Origin: Dictyostelium discoideum
Taxonomy: Eukaryota
Direction: 5' to 3'
NCBI GenBank assembly: GCA_000004695.1
Contig: CM000150.2
Coordinates: 640,001-704,000 of the forward strand
DNA: 64,000 bases
In this document: one piece after another, positions 56,111 to 64,000 of the stretch
Position numbering within the stretch: the first letter of the stretch is position 1
Layout of the letters: each line of letters opens with the position of its first letter
Translations under genes and position numbers: made by a program
The notes under the pieces: generated by a model
The model's input: the letters and a program-made list of their open reading frames with translations, nothing else
Databases searched by the model: none
What the model was told of the DNA's origin: nothing

Positions 56111-57436
56111 CTCAATTATAATGAGACCATGTATAATAGTAATAATCACCAAACAATAGAGCAATCATCTTCTGATACAACAACAACAAATCCAAATGTA
56201 TTTAGTCTCAATAGTATCCAACAACAAATTTTAGCTTTACAAAATGAAAGAAATCGAAGATTGGTAGAACAACAGCAACAGCAACAGCAACCCCAACAAC
56301 AACAACAACAACAACAACAAATACCACAAGATAGTAATTATGATTATGAAATTTCAATTGATGAAATTCAAAATACTAATAATAGTAATAATATTAATAA
56401 TGGTGATTCAGTTACAACTACAACAACTACTACAACAACAACCACAACAAGAGTTGATATACCAATGATATTAAAATGGATTGAACAAAATTTACCATTC
56501 ATTTTAATATTGGCAGGTGTGTTTGTATATATACATAGAATTGGAATATTAGTGTTTTTTTGGCAACAACTTGTATTCTTTCAAGCAAATATAGCATTAA
56601 AGAAACAGGTTTCACTTCATGATAAAAGAAGTGCACCCATTGTATTTTGGATATTGTTAATGTTATCAAGTAATATATTGACAACATATCTATTTACATC
56701 ACCTCAACAACTTTGGAGATCTTTGATATTTTTACCACCAAAACTTGAAACTATTGATATTTGGTCAAGTTTTTGGGTAACCATTATCAATGATTTCATT
56801 GCACGTTTCATTACAATGATTATAAAAGCATTATATACATTAACAGCAAGTAATTTATTTATTGGTAGATCAAGATCACCATCATCTTCACCATTATCGC
56901 CATCATCATCATCTTCTTCTTCATCAACATCGAATTCAATTTTATCATTTTTATCATTATCAACACCAAAACGAAGAGGTCAACTTTATGCAGCTATTGA
57001 ATCAACATCACATTTATATAGATCATTATTACCAATACCAATTTGGGTTGGTTATTTATATTCTTTTCAAGCAAATGGTGACCAAATATTCTCAAGTGTA
57101 ATGGTTGGTTTATACATAACATTGAAATTAACAATCATCATTGAAAGAATGAAACTTTGTATCTCTGCACTTCGTGTTTATATTTTACATGAAGTATTGT
57201 ATGGTAAAAAAGCAACACCCGATCAAATCAATGCAGCTGGTGATCTTTGTAGTATTTGTAGATCAAGTTTAGTCTCACCAATAGTTTTAAGATGTAATCA
57301 TATCTATTGTGAAAATTGTGTCTCAACTTGGTTAGAACGTGAAAGAACTTGTCCACTATGTCGTTGTAGCATTTTATTTGCTGGTAATATGACTCATAGT
57401 GATGGTTCAACAAGTTTATTATTACAAATGTTTTAA
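55658..57436 (+). CDS. Multi-pass transmembrane RING-type (C3HC4) E3 ubiquitin ligase with a long N/Q/T-rich N-terminal region.
   Basis: A single exon with ATG at 55658. There are at least five hydrophobic TM segments (LPFILILAGVFVYIHRIGILVFFW, IVFWILLMLSSNILTTYLF, FWVTIINDFIARFITMIIKALYTL, LLPIPIWVGYLYSF, VMVGLYITLKLTIII). The C-terminal RING reads CSICRSSLVSPIVLRCNHIYCENCVSTWLERERTCPLCRC. The architecture resembles RNF121 and TRC8. Confidence 0.8.
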
Positions 57437-57591
57437 AATTTTAAAATATAAAATAAAAAAAAAAAGTTTTTTTTTTTAGAAATAAAATATCAATAAAATT
57501 TCCAAAAAAAAAAAAACTTGTTGATTAAAATAAAATATCTTATATTTAATTAATAGTTTTTTTAAGCAATTTTAAAATATTTTATATATAT

Positions 57592-57624
<33 letters not shown>

Positions 57625-58210
57625 TTGTTTAATAATTATTATTATTTAATTCTAAACCCAATTCATTAGAAAATTTTAAAAACTAATGAGTCTTTTAAAA
57701 TAGAAAAAAACCCAAAAATTATATTATTATTATTTATTTAAGTGAGAATTAAATTGTTTGGAAATATCTTCACAACCAAAAAGATTTTTTATTTTTATTC
57801 TTTTTATTTTTTTATTATTTTTTTTTTTGAAAACTCACATTAAGAAATTGACTGTTTGTTATTTAAAAGACGTGATGACCCAATCAACTTTACAAAAAAA
57901 AAAAAAATAAATAAATAAAAATATAAAAAAAATAAAAAATTTAAAAAAAAGCAATAAAAAAAAAAAAAATTAAAAAAAACATACTACAATCAAGATATTT
58001 TTAAAAATATCAAAAAAAAAAATCTGAATTTTCTTTTTTTTTTTTTAAAATTAAAAAACAAAGTTTGTTTTGAAATTTTAGTATTTTATAAAAATTATTC
58101 AGGTACTAACAATCTTAAAAAAAAAAAAATAAAAAAAAAAGTTTAAATAAGAAAAAAAAAAAAAAAAAAATAAAAAAAAAAAAAACTAATCAAAACAATA
58201 ATAATAAAAA

Positions 58211-59019
58211 ATGAATATTTTAAAAATTGTTTTAATATTTTTATCATTAATTTCAATTTGTTATTCTCAACTTGACCCAAGAGCAATTGCAATTCAAAAT
58301 TGGTCAAATGGAACCTACCCAATAGCAACTGTTGGTGAATTATATTTTACAAGTCCAGGTTATTCACCAATTGTATTTTTTGATAATTCTGAACATATTG
58401 GTAGCACAAATAATGCATACAATAATTTAACTAAAATTTTTTATTGTATGGTTAATATTTTAACTGTAAGATTTTATTTTATCAAATAAAAAAAAAAAAA
58501 AAATAAAATAAAATAAAATAATAATTTTCTAATATTTGTTCCAAATAGGATCCAGATTATATTTCACTTGAAAGAGTTAATACTACAACTAGTTGGAATA
58601 TTTTTCCTATGCCATATTATTTCTTAAAATCTGAATATAATTTCTCAAGTCTTGCATCAGATCAAAGTACATCAGGATACAATTTATTCGCAACTTTTGA
58701 GATTACTGGTGATAAGGATGCAAAACAATTCAGTATTGGTAAGATTTCAGCAGAATCTCAAACTATCAAAGTAATTGATAAGATTCCAGGTGTATTCCAA
58801 TCCAGCACATTCGATGCCAACCCAGGCGTAATGAAATTTTATGTAATTTCAAACTACCAACAAAAGACCTACATCAATACATACTCTTCCCAAGGTGCCA
58901 TCATTAGTAGAGATGTCTATACTTATAATTTATACATGCAATTACAACCAACTGGTGTCTCTAGTAATATGTTTTATTGTAAAAGAGATAAAAACATGTA
59001 TTTCACCAACAACTTACTC

Positions 59020-59060
<41 letters not shown>

Positions 59061-59338
59061 CCTAAATTCAGTTTATGAAGCACCTGGATTATTCGTAGTT
59101 TCTCCATCAACACTCTCTTTAAATGATACCGGTTTAACTGATATCTCGGTCTATAGAAGTGGTACAATCTCTGTAATTTCAATGGGTTGTGATCTCAATC
59201 AACCAGTGATCTACTCAATTAGCACAACTCAATTATTAAATCTATATCCATTCGGTTTTACACTCGATACTATTAATTTATCAACTAACCAAATCTCAAG
59301 TGCAAACTTTGCTAGCAATATTTTAAATTTCTATGTTT

Positions 59339-59346
<8 letters not shown>
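58211..59346 (+). CDS. Secreted hypothetical protein (signal peptide, Cys-containing, poly-N insert). Two exons: 58211..58465, 58555..59346.
   Basis: The protein starts MNILKIVLIFLSLISICYSQ (signal peptide) and exon 1 ends ...KIFYCMVNILT. The GTAAGA donor is at 58466 in phase 0 and the acceptor is ccAG at 58553-54. Exon 2, IIISLERVNTTTSWNIFPMPYYFLKSEYNF..., is in frame with track ORF 58609..59346. The family is unknown. Confidence 0.6.
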
Positions 59347-59370
<24 letters not shown>

Positions 59371-59430
59371 AATCAAATTTGTTTTTTCTTTTTTTTTTTT
59401 TTTTTTTTATTAGTTTATTTATTAATAAAA

Positions 59431-60238
59431 TTAATTATCAATATAACCTGGTAATTTTTTAGCTTCTTCATTCTTTGCTAATTCTAAAGATTCGTCAATA
59501 ACTTTATCGAAATTGTTATCATCAACTTTTTTATTTTCAAAACATGATCTAAAATAATTTGCCCATTGAAATTCTGCATATGGTATAAATGATTTTTTAA
59601 ATCCACCTTTAATCTTTACAACTGCTGCAATACTTCTAAATACATCATCTTCTAATTCACAAACTTTTTTTGGTATTTCCTAAAGATTTAAGATTCATTA
59701 GTTTTAATAATACTAAAGTATGAATAAATAATGATATAGCACTTACATTAACATCTAAAGGACCTTCACCATTTTTATTATATGGATGAACCCATTTTTC
59801 AGAATTCATTTTATTCCAAAATTGAGAATTATCTTTTAAATCTGATAAATCAGATACAACATTTATAAACATGATTGGTTTTGAAGAGGTGATACCATTT
59901 GAATCTAATGGAATATCTTTAAAATAATCACCACCCAATTCATAGAGGGCACGACATAAATGATGATTATCAATTAAAAATACTTGATCATCTTTTAATA
60001 CAACTGGTGCTGCATGTGATTTTAAGAATGTTGCAACTTTATCTACACCTTGACTCTCTTTTAATTCTAATAATTCATTCACTTTTCTATTAACATGTTT
60101 CATACCAACTGCACATTGTGTTGGTCTTAATTTATCAATTTCACAATAAACTGATGGTGTTGTTGCAGTTGTTGTTGGTGTTGCCATTTTTTTAATTTGT
60201 TGAATAAATAAATTATTAATGCTATGTTTAATTGACAT
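59431..60238 (-). CDS. ParB/sulfiredoxin-fold (ParB-like nuclease domain) protein. Two exons: 60238..59747, 59679..59431.
   Basis: Exon 1 reads MSIKHSINNLFIQQIKKMATPTTTATTPSVYCEIDKLRPTQCAVGMKHVNRKVNELLELKESQGVDKVATFLKSHAAPVVLKDDQVFLIDNHHLCRALYELGG...GPLDVN. This has the ParB-type L-R-P-T-Q, x-V, D-G-x-H-R/L-x-x-A core pattern. The GTAAGT donor is at 59746 and the acceptor ctttAG at 59680-81, joining in phase 0. Exon 2 gives a clean 82-codon ORF, EIPKKVCELEDDVFRSIAAVVKIKGGFKKSFIPYAEFQWANYFRSCFENKKVDDNNFDKVIDESLELAKNEEAKKLPGYIDN, with a stop at 59431-33. An alternative start is the second ATG (MATPTT). Confidence 0.7.
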
Positions 60239-60552
60239 TAAAAGAAAAATAAAAAATAAAAAAAAAAAAAAAAATGAAAAAAGTTAAAATAAGAATTATA
60301 AAAAAATTGAAATTTCATAAAAAAAAAAAAAAATAAAAAAAAAATAATTAAATTTAAAAATAAAAATAATTACCTTTTATTACATGTGTGAAATTTTCAA
60401 ATATCTTAAGATATTTTTATAAACAATTTAATTTTTGAATTTGTTAAAGGGTTACTTTTCATCTTTTTCTTTTTTTTTTTCTTTTTATTTTCAAAAATCA
60501 ATTCTTTTTTTTTTTTTCCATTTTTTTTCTTTTTTTTGCCAACCAATCCTTT

Positions 60553-60586
<34 letters not shown>

Positions 60587-60626
60587 AAAAAAAAAAATAA
60601 TCAAATAAAATTTTTAAAGATAGAAA

Positions 60627-63356
60627 ATGGAAAATTATCTACTTTTTAAAAAAATTTTCAACAATAAATATCTATTTAGAAAGATATTTGAATATGTTCA
60701 GTATAGAGATATTGATCAAAATGAAATAATGAAACACTATAAAAGTATTTTAAATACAAAAAGTATTCATAATTTATCATTGTCAGGTTTATTAAAAAAA
60801 AAACAATATAAACTTTTTGATTATATGTTTGATTTTTTAGTTGAAAGAATGGAATCAATTAATAATTTTGAAAATGAAATTAATAATAATAATAATAATA
60901 ATAAAAATTACAATTGGTTATTTTATTCAAAAACAAATGAAGAAGATTTTTTAGAAATTTTTAGTTATAAAGATTTGGGTTTAGAAAGATTTAAAAGAAT
61001 ATTTAAACTATATGGTACAGTAACAATAATTACGGGGTCACGTTTTCATGAATCAATTATTAATAGTGGTAATATTGAAATTATAAATTTTATGTCAATT
61101 CTAAAAAATAATAAAAATAATAATAATAATAATAATTATAATAAAAGTTATTTTAAAAATTTTATTAAATTTTATATTACGGAAGAAAAGAATAATTTAT
61201 TTGATTGCAATAATAATTTAGAAATTTTTGATTTAATTATAAATAATTTAAATGAAAAATATAAAAAAGATAAAAAAGATAAAAAAGATAAAAAAGATAA
61301 TGGAATTTTCAAAATATCAGATTGTATGTTAATTTTAGATTATTATATTAAGAATAAAAGTTTTAATTTATATGGTAGAATTTTAAATTTTTCAGATCAA
61401 TATGATAGAAAGAAATTAATTGAAAAAAGTTTAACAAATAATGATTATGAACTTGCAATTGAAATTATTAATAGATTTCCAAATTTAAAAAATGAAAATC
61501 CAAATTTAAAATATTATTTATTAGATTATAGTTTTAAAACTAAAAAAAATATATTCACTGATAAATCATTTAAAGTGTTTAATGTATTTTTTAAAGAATA
61601 TAATATTTCAAAATTATTTATAAAATTAAAACAAACACCATTTATAACAGATTTTACAACTGTGCCAATAACAACATTAAATCTATTACTTGTATCAAAT
61701 AATCTAAAAAAGAAGGATGACGATGACGATGAAAATGTAACCTATATTTATCAATTTAAAATTTGGGAACATTTAAAAGATGAAAGAATTGATTTAAATA
61801 ATTTATATAATGAATTTAGTGGTGATAATGTTACTTATTCAAATAGTAATGGTTATAGTGTTAAAGGGGTATTGAGTAATTATTACCCTAATTCAATTGA
61901 AGAACTTGAATTTTCATTAAACTATTCAACTTTAAATTGTAATATTAGTCAATCAAACATTTTATACATTCATCACATTGCATTTAATGTCGCTGATTTA
62001 GAGTTAATTAAATTATATACATCAAAATTTAATATTAAAAATCAAACATATCCAAAAGATTTTTACAAATGTTTATTTGGAACTACCTCTGAAATTAGTT
62101 CATATTTTTCAAAGGATGAAAATTTAAAGAATTTTGTTTTCTCTGACACAGACACACTGAATTATTTAAATACTTATTATTCTTCTTCAAATACAACATG
62201 TTTTGGTGGTGGTGGTGGTGATACCACTAGCAAAGACACCACCACAATGTTACAATCAAATTATACAATACTTAATGTTGTACATTGTTTAGAAACAGTG
62301 GTTGAAAAAGGTTATTTTGAAATTTACAAAAATTTAATACCAATTATTGGTAAAGAATTTATTGAGCGTAAAAAACACGATTATGTACTTTACACAATCA
62401 TTAAGACACTAATTAAATGTATTATTAAATTAGATAAAATTAATCAATTGGAACTAATTGAAAATACATTACATTATTTTGACTTTTCAAAACATTTGAA
62501 CTATATTTTAACTCAAATTAGATCATTCAATTTTAAACTATCAAAAAATGTTATTTTTTTATTATATTCTAAAGGTTTAATTTCATTAAAAAAAATCTCG
62601 GATAATATGTCTAAATTTGAAAATTATATTTACAATGATTATCATTTTTTTTATTTATATTTCTTTGGCGATAATATAAATTTTACAAAGGTAGATGATT
62701 TTTCAACTTTAGTAAATGGTATTAATTCAAAAATGGTTAATAAAATATTAATTTATTCAAAGAATTATAAAACCATTGAAATGTTAACTCAATCTGATTT
62801 ATTAATAACTAATGAAATTTTATCAAAAAGTTTAAAAGAAAGGGGTAGATTAATATCAATTTTATTAGATACTGATATTAGGAAATTAATATTTATTATT
62901 AGAAATTCTTCATATAAAGTATTAAAAGAATATTGTTCAATTATAGTTAGAAAAGTATTAATTAAAAAAAATATAAAAAAGAAATTAATTTTATTAAATT
63001 TATTTGAATCAATTTCATCACAAATTTTAAAATCAACCACCACCTCAACCATCAGCACTATGACATCAACAAATCTTTTAAGTGAATTTTATTTAGAATT
63101 AATTTTTTATACAATTTTATTCGCTCACTCAACTGAAATTAATATTGAAATCTGCAAAGATTTAAATTATTATAATTTTTTAAATATTGAAAAAAATCCA
63201 ATTGACGTTCACATTTTTTCAAATTATTATAATAATAATTTTAAAACAATTTCAAAGAAGCAATTCTTAGATAATTTAAATAACCTACCAGATATTTCAA
63301 TTAATTTTTTAAATTCAATAGGTTTAGCAAATTTAAATAAAATTTTATTAAATTAA
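60627..63356 (+). CDS. Hypothetical 909-aa protein of a Dictyostelium-specific family with a K/N/I/F-rich composition. Single exon.
   Basis: An uninterrupted ORF from ATG at 60627 (aaaATGg context) reading MENYLLFKKIFNNKYLFRKIFEYVQYRD.... The codon bias is coding-like, and it has internal KKDKKDKKDKKD and poly-N tracts. I recognise no domain. Confidence 0.7.
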   Translation: MENYLLFKKIFNNKYLFRKIFEYVQYRDIDQNEIMKHYKSILNTKSIHNLSLSGLLKKKQYKLFDYMFDFLVERMESINNFENEINNNNNNNKNYNWLFYSKTNEEDFLEIFSYKDLGLERFKRIFKLYGTVTIITGSRFHESIINSGNIEIINFMSILKNNKNNNNNNNYNKSYFKNFIKFYITEEKNNLFDCNNNLEIFDLIINNLNEKYKKDKKDKKDKKDNGIFKISDCMLILDYYIKNKSFNLYGRILNFSDQYDRKKLIEKSLTNNDYELAIEIINRFPNLKNENPNLKYYLLDYSFKTKKNIFTDKSFKVFNVFFKEYNISKLFIKLKQTPFITDFTTVPITTLNLLLVSNNLKKKDDDDDENVTYIYQFKIWEHLKDERIDLNNLYNEFSGDNVTYSNSNGYSVKGVLSNYYPNSIEELEFSLNYSTLNCNISQSNILYIHHIAFNVADLELIKLYTSKFNIKNQTYPKDFYKCLFGTTSEISSYFSKDENLKNFVFSDTDTLNYLNTYYSSSNTTCFGGGGGDTTSKDTTTMLQSNYTILNVVHCLETVVEKGYFEIYKNLIPIIGKEFIERKKHDYVLYTIIKTLIKCIIKLDKINQLELIENTLHYFDFSKHLNYILTQIRSFNFKLSKNVIFLLYSKGLISLKKISDNMSKFENYIYNDYHFFYLYFFGDNINFTKVDDFSTLVNGINSKMVNKILIYSKNYKTIEMLTQSDLLITNEILSKSLKERGRLISILLDTDIRKLIFIIRNSSYKVLKEYCSIIVRKVLIKKNIKKKLILLNLFESISSQILKSTTTSTISTMTSTNLLSEFYLELIFYTILFAHSTEINIEICKDLNYYNFLNIEKNPIDVHIFSNYYNNNFKTISKKQFLDNLNNLPDISINFLNSIGLANLNKILLN

Positions 63357-63592
63357 AAAAATAATTAAAATAATAAAAATGAAGAAAATAAAACAAAACA
63401 AAATAAAACAATAAAACAATACAAAATAAAAAAAAATAAAAAAACTGAAATTATTTTTTTTCCTTTTTTTTTTAGGTAACAAAACAAATTTTATAATAAA
63501 AAAAAAAATATAAAAAGAAGGAAAAAAAAAAAAAAAAAGAAAAAAAAAAAATCAATAATATACCATTTTCTTTTATTTTACTCATTTTATTT

Positions 63593-63624
<32 letters not shown>

Positions 63625-63859
63625 CAATCCACTCTTAATTTCCTGTCTTTTTTTTTTTTTTATTTTCAAAAAAATTATGTATTATTCTTTTTTTTTATCA
63701 TTATTATCACTATTATTATTATTTATCATTAATTTTTATTGTTATTCATTATTATTATTATTTATTTATTTATTATTTATTTATGGCTTATTATTTCTTT
63801 TTTAAAAATGTAAGTATAGTTTTATAATAATAGTATTTTATATTTTTATATTTTAGGAA

Positions 63860-63861
<2 letters not shown>

Positions 63862-63950
<89 letters not shown>
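63862..63950. repeat. (AAT)n microsatellite in the intergenic region.
   Basis: aataataat... for about 28 units. Confidence 0.9.
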
Positions 63951-63953
<3 letters not shown>

Positions 63954-64000
63954 TAAAAAAAATAATGGTTAGAGAGAGAGAGAGATTCGGATAATTATTA

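Noticed and set aside
58548-58554. Acceptor AG at 58546-47 for the secreted-protein intron.
   Set aside because: It gives the wrong phase and an immediate TGA. The next AG (ccAG, 58553-54) restores the frame of the downstream ORF.

Overview
This window is eukaryotic nuclear DNA with the hallmarks of a dictyostelid social amoeba (Dictyostelium discoideum-like). It is roughly 75-80% A+T, and its intergenic regions are almost pure A/T with homopolymer runs up to about 60 nt. Introns are short (67-178 nt) and run GTAAGT or GTATGT to AG. Codon-level (AAT)n, (CAA)n and (AAC)n repeats encode poly-Asn and poly-Gln tracts inside genes. There are no prokaryotic features such as operons or CRISPR arrays. 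The supplied ORF track calls TTG as M and fragments every spliced gene, so I rebuilt gene models by hand from splice-site consensus and phase continuity. About 17 protein-coding genes are supported. Confidently recognised: a two-exon Vps25 (ESCRT-II); a two-exon SF3B4/SAP49 splicing factor; a mitochondrial 2-oxodicarboxylate carrier (SLC25A21-like); an EAPP homolog; NF-YC, with a 618-aa N-rich N-terminal extension; a CAD-type Zn alcohol dehydrogenase; a twin-CDGSH iron-sulfur protein; a multi-TM C-terminal RING E3 ligase; and a ParB/sulfiredoxin-fold protein. Less well characterised: a secreted Thr/Pro-repeat protein; a family-specific 909-aa protein with an apparently decayed paralog (pseudogene) elsewhere in the window; and two giant genes. 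Giant gene 1 is a roughly 5,270-aa, five-exon gene (2853-19065, +) with two dynein/MoxR-type AAA+ modules and a C-terminal USP-fold domain that lacks both catalytic boxes. Giant gene 2 is a roughly 3,760-aa, two-exon gene (43639-55010, -) with a beta-propeller-like N-terminus and a helical C-terminal domain. Other observations worth a second look: introns that consist largely of pure (AAT)n microsatellites; 60-nt poly(A) leaders abutting start codons; a 2.8-kb gene desert with a single GC island carrying a tRNA A-box-like motif; and a nested-palindrome hairpin cluster in a divergent promoter.
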